A stretch of 64,000 nt of DNA. It comes from Octopus vulgaris (taxonomy: Eukaryota). Shown piece by piece: positions 1 to 13,300 of this stretch (position 1 is the stretch's first letter; each line of letters begins with the position of its first letter). The notes beneath the pieces were generated by a model. It saw only the letters and a program-made list of their open reading frames with translations, did not search any database and was not told the DNA's origin. Location: positions 119,040,001-119,104,000 of the forward strand of contig OX597819.1 in the NCBI GenBank assembly GCA_951406725.2. Reading direction: 5' to 3'. The translations under genes were made by a program, and so were the position numbers.

Positions 1-563
1 GTAATGTAAAGTGTCTATACGTTTATGAGAATATTTGCAGAGAGAAGTGATCTCTAATGAGCCGAAACGTACACTAACGCGATCGATTTCTTTGGTGGCA
101 CCTCAAACAAAATTCCCGGGAGCAATCAAGACAATAATGGTATCACTGACCTCGCACTGAAACAAGGGATATGAATTATCGACTTATTCAATAGATCCTT
201 CCTATTATTTACGAACATACATTAGGGCTTCCTGTCCATAGTTAACGTGTTAAAAAATAGCATATCCTGTGTTATGGATTCAGTTTAGGAATTTCAGAAA
301 TCTAATAGTAGTATATCTGTGCGACTACAAATTCACAACATTCTAATCCTGAGTTTTGCAGTTCTTTTACAGAGATTTATGAATATAAAAGCATATATCT
401 GTTTTTGCATATAAAACGGTACAAGATTATAGGTGTGTACACGAAAGATTATGTAAAAATCTGTGTGTGCATTCATACCTATATATTAATGTGTATAGAC
501 CTGTAGTGATTTATGCCTACATATATATGTATATATAAACGCGCATTTACTAAATCGCATATA

Positions 564-905
<342 letters not shown>

Positions 906-1360
906 GTTTCTGATTGTGTTTGTGTATATATATATATATTATACGTGTATGTGTGTGGTCGCGCGTGGTGTGTGTTTGATCATTTGTAAGACAACAAGAG
1001 AGAGAGAGAGGGAGAGAGAGAGAGAGAGAGAGAGAGGGGTTGCATAAGGAGAAAGTATCAGGACCGGCGATAAAAGGATGGTGAAATAGAAGAAGAATAG
1101 AAATTGGAAGTGAAAAAATCGATATGGCATGCTTTAGTCGGAGTATAGCCAGTCAAAATCATTTAGTAACAAAGATATCGTGAAATTTAATCAAGGCTAT
1201 CTTAATAGCATCTAGGTGCATTCCACTACCCAATGCTGCCTGATTAAGAAATAAGTTTTGACATCTTACTGCAAAATTTCTTGCACATGCATTTTATCCA
1301 TCATGCCAACTTGGAATACCTATTCCACAGAAAACATTATATGTGTATACGTGTATATAC

Positions 1361-1416
<56 letters not shown>

Positions 1417-1689
1417 TAGTAACTGCAAGCATAAAAATACCAAAATACCAATGGAAGAAAAAATGTGAAGTAATAAGCAATTGGAATGTCAGGAATGCTA
1501 GAATGGATTCGGCAAAATATATGGATTATCGGTATAAAAAGAAAATTGCAGATCAAAAACAAAATTATACGTGCAAAAGTTTTTCACCATGTAATACTCT
1601 GTCTATGAATTTATATAAGTTTTTATTTATTCTCTTTACATATCTGTCTCTCAATCTCTCTCTCTTCCTCTCAATCATACATACGTGTA

Positions 1690-1724
<35 letters not shown>

Positions 1725-2482
1725 ATATATGGAGAAGGCTAGCCACTGGATTTGGTTAAAAAGAGACGATGAGCGATGGCTTGAAGGATATTGAGCTTTA
1801 TTTGATAATCATCTGATCTAGCAAGCCTCATATCAGTGAGGGGGGGTGCGTCTGCTAATACTTTACATATACCACGTCCTCACATTGTTGTCATTGTTTT
1901 GTGTTCATTTTTGGTATTTACTATATAGATATATATGATGTAGAAATTTATATTCTGTATGTGTGATTGTGTGTTTGTCTTTGTGTGTGTGTGCCTACAC
2001 TTATTTAGAAATAATACACGTGGAACCGACTGTTTTTTGCTGTGCATGGGACAGTGATGTACATGATAGGGAAGACATAGAAATGTTTATTTTGAGATGC
2101 TCTTTGAATTAATTCAGATGACCATAAATTAAATGGAAATCCGGCTCATAATAAATTACATTGACGATTGTTGTATGTAACACGTGTTTCTTGGATGAAA
2201 TGTCATAAAACGATGTGATGCCATATGAAATATAAATTTATGTGAAAAATAACTTTTCTCCGATATTATTACATATAAGTTTGTAAACCGTTTAAAATTT
2301 CCACCTGATTTCGTGAAAAATATCTATTTCTTTTTGGATCCCTTTAACTCACAGCGTGTGTATTTTTTCAGACATTCGTATTATCATGTATGTATGTATG
2401 TATGTATATGTGTATGTATGTATGTATGTATATGTGTATGTATGTAAGCATGTATGTATGCATGTATTTAGAATTGAATATT

Positions 2483-3075
2483 TATTTCTTTATTGCCCCC
2501 AGGGAGCTAAACATAGAGGGGTCAAACAAAGACAGACAAAGGAATTAAGACGATTACTTCGACACCAGTGCATAACTAATACTTCTTTAATCAACCCAGA
2601 AAGGATGAAAGCCAAAGTCGACCTCGGCGGAATTTGAACTCTGAACGCAACGGCAGACGAAATGCCTATTTCTTTACTACCCACGAGGGGCTAAACATAA
2701 AGTGGACAAACAAGGACAAACAAAGGGATTAAGTCGATTACATCGACACCAGTGCGTAACTGATACTTTTTTAATCAACCCCGAAAGGATGAAAGGCAAA
2801 GTCGGCCTCGGTGGAATTTGAACTCAGAACGCAACAGCAGATGAAATACCTATTTCTTTACTACCCACAAGGGGCTAAACATAGAGGGGACAAACAAGGA
2901 CAGACATAGTTATTAAGACGATTGCATCGACCCCAGTGCGTAACTGGTACTAAATTTATCGACCGCCGAAAGGATGAAAGGCAAAGTCGACCTCGGCGGA
3001 ATTTGAACTCACAGCGGCAGACGAAATACCGCTGAGCATTTTACTCGGTGTTGTAACGATTCTGCCAGCTCCCCG
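2483..3075 (-). mobile_element. tRNA-derived SINE with its ~184-bp body repeated three times
   Basis: Units start at 2483, 2667, 2851. Minus strand reads GAGCTGGCAGAATCGTTA...GAGTTCAAATTCCGCCGAGGTCGACTTTGCCTTTCATCCTTTCGG (A/B-box-like head plus central domain). Same family at ~15175-15350, 22730-22880, 23425-23615, 27838-28050, 62270-62495. Confidence 0.85.
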
Positions 3076-4679
3076 CCATATAGTAGGAGAATATATCGAG
3101 CTAGCAACGTTTTCCTTCATGCGGCAACATCCCCATGTTCGCATGTTGAAATCTATGGATGTTTGTTGTACTAAGATCACCCAAAACAGTGAAGTTCTTA
3201 CTTATTCCCAGATTGCTGAATGTTTATTGGCTAGTAGTATATATTTTGGTGTAATCTATCAGAATGCATATTTGCAATGCATGTCTATTGGGAGGTGCTT
3301 TTAAGACTTACAAATAAAGCTGTCAAACTTGATTTAGGCACATTGACGAAGCATATTCTCGATTCTAATATTACCGAAACAGGGAAGATTTTTTCAGCCA
3401 CTTTGTAACAATAGTATGTTTGAAATAGAAGGAAGAAGTCCTAATAACTAAAAACAAGTTCGCAAATTTATGAAATTTGATATTATGAAGTTCGACTCAA
3501 TCATACCTAAAACTTATATTTGGAATGCTTTCGCTGACAACTTTAGCAAACTAGAAATTTTTTGAAAATGAAATTTAACACATTATTGAAATCTATTTTG
3601 CTTTTCGGTAAAACGTTTAAGCGGTTGGTTTATTTCTAGAAACACACATTGGAGCAAAAATGATATAAACTATTTGGAATATATATTTTAGAGAGACAGT
3701 TATCTACTATTTTTTTTATACTATAGCCAGAAAACCCGATATTTCGTGGCAGAGGTTTTGTCGATAACGTCGAATCAGTACTCGGCTGGCACGTCATTAT
3801 CTACACTAAAACAGAGAAGGGAAAATTCGAACTCAGAACGTAATTAATCATGTTGGCCAGCATGCTTTCAGTTCTGCCAGCTCGCAACCTGAGACAGCTA
3901 TAAAACCACGGATTAAAAAGGGTCATATACGACGGAGAATTGTGTGTACATTGAATGTATTATAGCGAATATTATTTCAGAAATGCATCTATTTCCACAT
4001 CCGTGTAATAAGTTTGGTAATTTATATGATTAACCTAAGATTGCAATTCATGTTTTCTCATCATTTACGTTCCAATATCCTGTTTTTGTGGCTTAATAAA
4101 CTAGATTTATTGATCGATAATGAAGTAGGGCATGTAGCTGAAACCTAATTAATTACAAACAATGTAGGTCAGTGTATAACATTCAATTTTATTTTTTACA
4201 ACGATGTTTATTCATGTTTGCAATATCCGAAATTACAGTTTATTTTTCATGCTTGGACAGGTTATGTCAGGCAGATTACTGCAGGTTCGTGTGGGCACCT
4301 TTCCGCTCATCTACAATCACTTAATAATCCATAGCACTCTGCATTAAGCTACTATTTGGTATTGGCAGCTTCTGGTGATAACAGACGTCTGAAATTCGGA
4401 CATATTAATGGTGAAGTACATAAAGACTCAATATGAGAAAGAAATATACTCAGTATAATTCTCTCATTAGTCTGTGGGTTACTTCTTGCGAAATATGCTT
4501 TGGATAACGCTCCAGTTAACTTTAAAGAAGAAAAAAATCTGCAGCAAATCATTTCGTTGTTGAGGAAGTGACAATGTTGCACTGTTCCATGTCTTGCGGG
4601 ATTGTTCCTTCCTCGCAGCACTGAAATGGTATTTTTAGGAAGTAATTCAGGAAAAGTCCCCTTGAACATCTGATTTCAT

Positions 4680-5460
4680 CTATAGGGATACACCTGATCA
4701 TAGTGTCTTCCAAGCGAGCTAGCCATCAATGACTCTGGTCAGTTTTTCAACAATCGGCAATGCGTCCAGATCCTCCGTTGCATGTAGGTGTTTCACTATG
4801 TCTAGTACTGTCCCGGATGTTGTTTTCCTTAGGGTAGAGTTCGGATTAATGTCCTAACCATCTTCCCAACTGCTCACTTTTACCCTTCAGTGCCTATTCT
4901 AAATTTGAGTGAAGCTAACTTGCTCTTGGTTGGGCCGATGGTTTTCTTTATGCTCTCATACATTCCATGACAGTTACCTTTGTCAAAAGACACGCCAACG
5001 CATAATTGTAAGCAACGTATCTCTATCTTATGTGCGTTGTTTCTCGCTTATCTCAATGCTTGCAGCGTTCCTCCGATGTGATGGTGTTCATGCTTCAACA
5101 GGATAACGTGCTTTTCCACCATGCGCATTCAGCTCATTCGTGCTCACCTCAAATCATGTCTATCATTTTCTGTTCTCTCTTCATTTCAAAGATGTCTGCA
5201 AGAAAGCTATAATACCAATATATATGGACGTCTCAAGATGGAACTGGGTCGAAAATGGTCGCTCATATTGAAGACGAATACTACGCTAAAGAATGGCGCG
5301 AGGAGAAGAGAAACTAAAAATTACCACCGAAGAAAAGCGCCCTTGAAGAAAGGAAAACTCAGTAGCGCTGGTGAAGTGCATTTGCACATGCAGTCCCTGC
5401 ATGCAACACTGCCACTCCACTGAACCACCATCAACAGCTGACCAACGGATGCCTATCATC
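4680..5460. mobile_element. Degenerate RTE-clade LINE: internal ORF piece on - (4680-~5175) joined to 3' end on + (~5180-5460)
   Basis: Minus-strand remnants GMYESIKKTIGPTKSKLASLK and HATEDLDALPIVEKLTRVIDG; plus-strand FKDVCKKA and an RTE-like tail GACCAACGGATGCCTATCATCAT. Confidence 0.6.
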
Positions 5461-7248
5461 ATAACACGCACACAAACACACATACATACACATACACACA
5501 CACATAAATTTCCATTATATTACACCATTTTACTATAAGCCAATTTTGAGTGAGAGAAGAGGCTGTTTGCATCGATCTCATTTCTCGAATGTTAGTTATT
5601 TTATCGATCCTTAACGAGATAAAAGTTGCCGAAGTTCTAAGTGTAGTTGAATATAAAAAATCTGAAATCGGTCACTACCATCGATATCTGCAGTTGCGAT
5701 TAGTTACATCCGGGATCGCGCCACCGGCTTCCATACTCTATGTGAGTTCATTTGACCAAACCACAGTCTCCTTTATTGTACACTACTTGCAAAATAATCT
5801 ACATGCGATTTAATCTAAAACAGACTATGTCTGAGAAATAGAGCAAATGCTGTTTTGCTATCAGAATTGTTAGAGAATTTTCAGAAGGGCCATATAGTCC
5901 TACCCATCCCAACTAATTTCTCAATTGGGGAACATGCCCCCTTTGTAGGATTTTTATCGCAGCACCTTTAACGCCAGGAACTCAGTAGAAATTTTGATGA
6001 AATATCACACTTTTAATTCTCTTTAATTACATTTCATGGTCCGGTTCCGGTATTTTTTATGAATAATAATTTGCTATTTGCCTCTCTATTTTGGGGAGAT
6101 GGCAGATTTATTCATTTTTTAAAGAAGCCAGACATGCCTTTGATATATCTTAGCACGCCTCGTTAAGTAGGGGACAAAACTAATAATATACACACATATT
6201 TTTTAATTGATATTTGAAATATTCATAAATTTGAATGATATTTTAAGAAAGTAATGTGCTAGAAAAAATTAAACTATTTACTTAAATAGCCTATATAAAT
6301 AAGTTACTTCCTATTACGTCATAATTACAAACGTCTCCAAGATTCCTTGTACACTATGTAGGTTGTAAGCGGGGCAATCGCTCGAATGGCGCGATGGAGG
6401 AGTACAGCCAGAACACCTACACAAATCCGTGCGAAGTCTCCTAATATTAATGATAATGTTTATTCCGGAATATCTAAAATATTGCAAACTTTGCTTACTG
6501 AATTCCACAAACTTGCATCACCAATATTTACTTTCTCCAGATTATGACAGAAATATACTAAGAACAGAATTATTCGGTATTCCTGAGTTCTGAATATATT
6601 GTGTTAATTTCCTAATCTAAGTGAAAGAACTTTCTATATTAAATTCATAAAATAAAAATGTTTGCCTTAAAACGACGCAGAACAATTTTTTTTCTAAACA
6701 TGAATGGTTTAGATTTTGTATTTAATATCTGATTCGTTTATATTCTGCATCAGTTGAAAAGAGATAGCACGTGTCTTTTCACCTTGATTGCTATTTCCGC
6801 TAAGATGACACCCTCATCATTAATAAAACTGTAGAGAAAATATCATATTTGAAATAAATAAAACGAAAACAAAATGGATATCTCATACAAATATTTAAAA
6901 AAAATATAATTATATGATTCTCATATATTTCTGACTATTTGAAAAGTTTGAAGCAAAATTCAATTAACTTTGAGAACTGCGTGAATTATTTTTTATGTAT
7001 GAGAAACAAGCTTGATATGAAAAGTGACACTCATGAAAACTGACGTCAATTTTGTATCATTGGCTGATGTTTCGTTGCTTGTCAGCACGTATTAGTTTAT
7101 TTTCATTGCAATACCAGCGCCTGAAAATCGAGAAAATTTGCTTTTTCTTTTTTCTTTCTGAAACAAAGCCAAAATAGCTGCTTCCAGATATTGAAGTTCA
7201 ATACGATGAAATAACGTTCAGTTTCTTTGAAATTATGAAGTTTTAGGG

Positions 7249-7321
<73 letters not shown>

Positions 7322-7419
7322 AAATATATACATGTGGACATATTTATATTTATGTATATACATATTTGTATATATGTACACATACACACAACACGGGTGT
7401 GTAAACAACAGCTGTGTTA

Positions 7420-8155
7420 TAATATTTACATTCGATGGATATTTGTCCTCATCTTGTTTGTTGTTAACACAACGTTTCAGCAGCTATACCCTCCAGCATT
7501 CTTTAGGTGCCGTGGGGAAATTTGGAACCTGGGTACTCATTCCTAAGGTATTTTTTCGATGTTACTATTATTATTATCATTGTTCAGGTCACTGCTTGGA
7601 ATCGAGCTCGGAAGCTTGGAGTGAATTTTATGGCTTATAAATCTAATATTTTTCTATCCTTTCTTAATACCGGTTCCCATATGCTGCTCATAGCTGCACT
7701 CGGTCTGCTTAACAGGCTGTTGTGTCTTAGCATATGTGCTGCTTCATTTAGTTTTCGAATTTTTCAGTGGTGTTCTCTGTCTATTATTTTAACTTCATCC
7801 CACAGGGGGAGGTGGTGGCCATTTCTCCATGCATGATCAGCTATACCCGATTTATCAATATGATCCCGTATCTCAGCTTTACGATGTTCGTCTACCCTTA
7901 TTTTGAGGGGGCCGCATGTTTCGCCTTTGTATAACCTGCCACGGCCGCATGGAATGGAGTACACGCAGTCTTGGTCATATTCTCTTCTACAGGTGGTTTT
8001 ACTCGGAGATATTTGCGAAGTGCTGTATTACTCTTGAATACTGTCTTGATGTCATATGGGCCGCATGTCTTTTGTATCTTTTCGGAGAGGCCTTTCACAC
8101 AGTGTAGACAGAGTGTTGAATGTTTATTGGCCTCATCCTCTCTCTTCTTCATAAT
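7420..8155 (-). mobile_element. Penelope-like element 3' fragment: RT C-terminal region, GIY-YIG endonuclease and 3' UTR with decayed hammerhead
   Basis: ORF 7898..8152 (GLSEKIQKTCGPYDIKTVFKSNTALRKYL) frameshifts into ORF 7764..7964 (YSIPCGRGRLYKGETCGPLKIRVDEH...SGIADHAW...WDEVKIIDRE), then RKLNEAAHML...IWEPVL. 3' end faces a TA-rich tract. Confidence 0.88.
7468..7509 (-). ncRNA. Decayed type I hammerhead ribozyme in the PLE 3' UTR
   Basis: Minus: CAC CTAAAGA ...stem II remnant... GAAACGTT GTG. Stem I CAC/GTG, palindromic AACGTT stem III, G5->A in core. Confidence 0.6.
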
Positions 8156-8159
8156 TGGA

Positions 8160-11058
8160 GTGCATCATAACAAAAGCAAAAATATTTCCTGAGAGACCTT
8201 GCTGCATGCAATCAAGCCCTATGCATAGCTCTCCTATAAACTCACCTTAGCCCTGATTAGAGGATGCAGAAGTACACGTATCGAAATATGCCATACTGCG
8301 AACAGACAGAAGGGAAAGGAGCCATGATAGAGTTGCCCGGGTCTTACTGTCATACTTACATTCAGTTTGTGATACGCTAATTGTATACATAAGACAACAC
8401 AATATAGTCATATGCAATAGATATTTCCCAACGGTTGCTCCAAACCACATAGGCAAGTTTGAAGATTGCCTTACAAGAATTAAAGAAATCCTCATGCAAC
8501 TGGAACACCACGTGACCATATTTCTTATGAGTGATTTCAACCTCCCCAACGTCTCATGCCCTCAGGAATTACTCATTGCAAGCAAGCACAGATGGAGTCC
8601 CTGCTCAACCTCACCAATGCCCTATTCATGGAGCAAGTTGTATTCAGACGCACTAGGGTGAATAAAATTTTGATTCTTTGCTCACGAACAATATAGACAT
8701 CATTCATGATGTGAAAGTGACGCCGACAGTAGCCTTGGATCATAAACCTAATAGAGCTGTCTATGGTTGGGCGGAAAGTAGCCAGAGACATACAGCCTAA
8801 TGAAAGCATCCGAAAGCTCTCCAATGTGAACTTCCACAAACCAGACTGGAAATCGATCCAAAAAGGGATCCGGAGACAGGAATGGTCGAAATGTCTCTCC
8901 ACACCAGGCATTGACATGAAACTAGAATATTTCATGTCTGTTGTGTAAGCCATATGCTAGAAATATGTTCCAGAGCACAATGCTACAAGAAATAGGAACA
9001 AGATTCCAAAGAAGAGGAAGATGCTCATGAAATGACGGATGACGTTTGCAAATGGACTCAACCAACATCCCCAAAGTATAGAAAAGTCCCGTCTAAATAC
9101 AACACTGATAGAGATTGAAAACAGCCTGCAACAATCCTTTATGAGGGAAGGAGCACACAAAGAAGCCTGGGTTATAAAAAATATTACGACAAAACCAAAG
9201 GCCTTCTTTCATTACGGCAAAGAAACAGAATCAATTCGCTGCAAGATAGGCCCCCTCTTCGAAAAGGATGGTTACCTCACAGATAGTTCAACCAGGATTA
9301 GTGGGGTACTGAATGACCAGTTCAAAATTTTCTTTACCAGCCCGTTGGAACACAGACAAGAGAATGAGCCAAAGGACTTTTTTTCCACCTCACCTATAGC
9401 CAGAGAGGCAGTTACGATGGAAAACCTTGCCATTATCGAAGACGATATACTACTAGCCATAGATGAGGTAGAAGCAAACTCAACTGCTCGTCCTGATAGT
9501 TTCCCAGTAATCCTCCCCAAATCGTGTAAGCATGCCCTGGCAAAACCCCTCCACATTCTCTTCCAGAGCTTTCTGACAAATAGCAAATTGTCAAGAGAAC
9601 TAAAGGAGGTAATAATATGCCCAATCCATAAAGTGGAAGCAAAGCAGATACCGAAAACTATAGGCCTATCTCTCTGACTTCACACATCAGCAAAGTCATG
9701 GAACGGATAGTCAGAAGGAAACTAATCGCATTCCCTGAAGTAAATAATTTGCTGAGTGACCAGGAACGAACAGTCTGATGCAGCTCTTACAACATTATGA
9801 TTGGGTGGTGAGGCAGTTACTCAACAACTCAAACGTGGATGTAATATACATTGAATTTGCAAAGGCTTTTGACAAGATGGATCATGGTATGATATGCCAC
9901 AAAGTGTGTGATCTCGGCATAGCTGGAAAACGTTGAGAGTGGTTACATGACTTTCTGGCCAATGTCTCCACCCCAATGAAAACACAAATAGCAAGCGGTG
10001 TTCCACAGGGCACTCTCTTGGGACCACTGCTTTTAAGAGTGACCCTCTCAGATATACTCTTAACTTCCCGGATAGCGACACATGCTAGTTATGCAGATGA
10101 TACGAATGTCTCACACAAAATACAGAACGCCGGCGATGTTGCACATCTGCAGCAGGTGTTGGACTCAATTTACTGATGGGCTGTTTACAGATTTGCAGTT
10201 TAATACTGACAAATCCCATACCCTGCACTACCAGCGTCCAAAACGGAATATGAAACTTACAGGGTAAACTAGTCCACAGGGAATTACAATCCTAGAGCCT
10301 ACATCATTGAGGGACCTGGGTATCGACATGAGTGATGATACCTCTTTCCAAGTGTACATCACCAGGATGGCGGCAAAGTGCAGACGACAGGCAGGATGGA
10401 TCCTAAGGACATTCAGAACCAGAGATAAAGAAACCATTATGGTCCTCTGGAGGACATTCATCCTCAAGCGCCTGGATTACTGCTCCCAACAATGGTCACC
10501 CAAGGGTGTAAAATTAACAGCGGACCTTGAAGAAATTCAGCGAAGCTTCACAAAGAAGAACGTCTCTTTGCAACGGCTCAGCTACTGGGAAAGGCTGAAA
10601 CAACTAAGACTCTACTCCCTAGAGCGAAGGGGGACAGATATGCAGTAATGTACATCTGGAAGATCCTGAAAGGCATAGTGCCAAATTTTGATATTGAAAG
10701 CTACACTAATGCCAGATAGTGCATTGTGCCAAAGATCCCAGCAATACCATCATTCTTCAGAACCAGTTACAGTAACAGCCTGGGCATTAGGGGCCCACTG
10801 CTTTGAAATAGTCTCCCAAAAGGCCTGAGGAATCTCCACAAAGTAGATGTAAGCGTTTTTAAATCAAGGCTGGACCACTTCCTATCGAGAGTCCCAGATG
10901 AACCTATCTCAAGGCAAGAGGTGCAAATAAGCGTAGCTACATCAAATCCCATTCTACACCAAGTGCCATATATTAATGGAAGATCTCAGTAATTAAATTG
11001 TAGCAAGACAGCCGTGCACCAGCATGGCCACAGCTATGAGCTGAAACTACAAAACGAA
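8160..11058 (+). mobile_element. CR1-type LINE, 5'-truncated and pseudogenised (APE remnant, RT, 3' tail)
   Basis: APE remnants (ILRTDR, SDFNLP); RT motifs AKAFDKMDH, SGVPQGTLLGPLL, YADDT; C-terminal RDLGI...LDYCSQQWSP...LSYWERLKQLRLYSLERR; many stops and frameshifts; tail CCAGCATGGCCACAGCTATGAGCTGAAACT. Confidence 0.93.
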
Positions 11059-11126
11059 AATTTATATGTATGTATGTATCTATCTCTCTATCTTTATGTA
11101 TGTATCTATCTATGTATCTATCTATG

Positions 11127-11189
<63 letters not shown>

Positions 11190-11268
11190 ATATCTATCTA
11201 TCTGTGAACGCGTGCGTATCGTTGGCGATTTTTTTCCTCCGTCTGCCCTTCATTGGATTTTTTTCTAT

Positions 11269-11303
11269 ATTTCTGATGAAGAGCTCCGCTCGAAAAGTGA
11301 AAT
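11269..11303 (+). ncRNA. Minimal type I hammerhead motif (probably inactive copy)
   Basis: ATTT CTGATGA A GAGC TCC GCTC GAAAAGTG AAAT. Stems I and II intact; cleavage site degraded relative to GAAACGTC in the sister copy at 47656-47690. Confidence 0.65.
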
Positions 11304-11475
11304 CCTATTTATTTTCTTTCCTTATGTATATATAAAACTTCGGAAATTTGAACTATGAACTTTAATGATACTTTTTTCTTCTCTCCTTCCATCTCCTTAA
11401 TCTGTTACACCCTTCCACAATGTTGTCACTTATTGATATATACTTTCCTCATTTTCCATATTTTCCACCAATGCG

Positions 11476-11529
11476 TCTCTGACGACGGAATATCCCATAC
11501 TCGAGTATGTCCCAGAAACAGCTGTAAGA
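11476..11529 (+). ncRNA. Type I hammerhead ribozyme motif
   Basis: TCT CTGACGA c GGAATAT...ATGTCCC a GAAAC AGCT GTA AGA. Palindromic ACAGCTGT stem III, GUA triplet, stem I TCT/AGA. Confidence 0.72.
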
Positions 11530-12275
11530 TTTTCAATTTTTTCCTGTAACATTATCGTATATGATTTGAGATAGTCGCCTTGTCTTAATGTTTGACCTCC
11601 TGTTTAACAGTTATATATACGTAGTAGGTATGTGTCTAAATTTTGTACGACTCTTACTCTATACTTTAGTCCTCCTCTCACTTTCTTCCTTTTTCCATCT
11701 TCTCGCTCTCCCTCTCTCTCACTTTTCTTGGCACTCTCTTTCTTTAACTCCCACTATTTCCCACTCGCTTATCTCCCTTGTATCTTTCGTTTTGTCATTG
11801 ATTTTTTTCTAATCCTTCAATCCCGCTGCCTCCTCACATCTCTCCTCCTTCGAAGAGACCGGTGCCCAGCAAGCCATGATCTTTCTTTTTTGGCTTGACC
11901 GCCGACCGCCAACACCTCTTATGCCCGTCCCTTACGTAACTGCCTTTAGGCATTCACTTCATACACTTCAACTCAATTTGATTCGTTCTCAGTCGAAAGA
12001 CAGATGTTGTTATTCCTTGTTGTTTGTATTCGCAATGGCTTAAAATGTTCTCTGTTTTATGTCGTTTTGTCCTACACATTCGCTAGCTTTCTTACAAATG
12101 GGTCTAATGCACTTACGTTAGACTTTTTGGGGCGGAGGCAATCAGATCGAAGCATCACAAGGGTCTAACTGCCCGAAACACACACGCACACACACATATA
12201 TATATATATATACATATATACATACGTATGTATGTATACATATATACATACGTATGTATATATATATATATATAC

Positions 12276-12326
<51 letters not shown>

Positions 12327-12397
12327 TCCCACTATCTGGCATATGTAGGTGCTTAAACTTATCAAATATTCACGCTAAATTTAGAGTACCGATATAT

Positions 12398-12454
<57 letters not shown>

Positions 12455-13024
12455 TATACACACTTTCAAGATCTTCGAACTTTTCGATCAGTTATTTCCA
12501 TGATATAAACCCCCAAACCTCTTCTTTCATCACGAAAGCTGGGTAATTTCTCTTTGTCTTTCAAGCAAATTTCATGGGTGCCGATACTCATACTGAATCT
12601 AAGACCTGCACAAGCATTCAGTATATATTTTGGGTACATGCTCTCCTTTCACATTTCACTTACTTCCCCTTCCCCAATTGTGATCAACACTCACGTATAT
12701 AGGGTGTTCATAGTACATTTCGTGCTCTGTAACGACTGTGTTTATATTGTTATATGTTCATCCTGCAGGTTGAAAAACGATTACTCTCTAAGTATTCAAC
12801 GCCCATGCAAATGGTATTATTTGTTATCAGGAGTATTGGTGCTAAAGCCAATAGCGATTTAGGCAGTTGCAATAAAAATAATAAGCATGAAAACCCTATG
12901 AACAAAAACGTCAGGGAACTTATTCATGAGGCTAATCTACCACAGCTGAAAGATAGTGACTTTAGTCTTGTTTGGTAGCCTTCTAGTGCTGTCATCCAAC
13001 CAACACAGTTCTGTAAATGCAAAT

Positions 13025-13178
13025 TCTTCTTCTCTTTTTTATTTTCCGTATTCTTCTTCTTCTTATTATTATTATTATTATTATTATTATTCCTCTTCCC
13101 CTTCTTCTTCTTCTTCTTCCTCTTCTTCCACTTCCTCTTCTTCTTATTCTTTTCCTTCCTCTTCTTCTGCCTCTTTTT

Positions 13179-13209
<31 letters not shown>

Positions 13210-13257
13210 TTATTATTATTATTATTATCGTTATCATCATCATCATCCTCATCATCG

Positions 13258-13289
<32 letters not shown>

Positions 13290-13300
13290 TTGTTCTTGTT
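13025..13300. repeat. Compound trinucleotide microsatellite (TTC/TAT/CAT)
   Basis: Direct inspection; explains the poly-S/Y/I/R ORFs at 12956-13373. Confidence 0.95.

Noticed and set aside
46-75. CTAATGAGCCGAAACGTA, an ultra-minimal hammerhead-like string
   Set aside because: G5 is mutated and stem I (AGTG/CACT) needs a 4-nt insertion; cannot be distinguished from chance.
7061-7090. Minus-strand CTGACAAGCAACGAAACATCA
   Set aside because: Two changes needed to restore the motif and no stem I.
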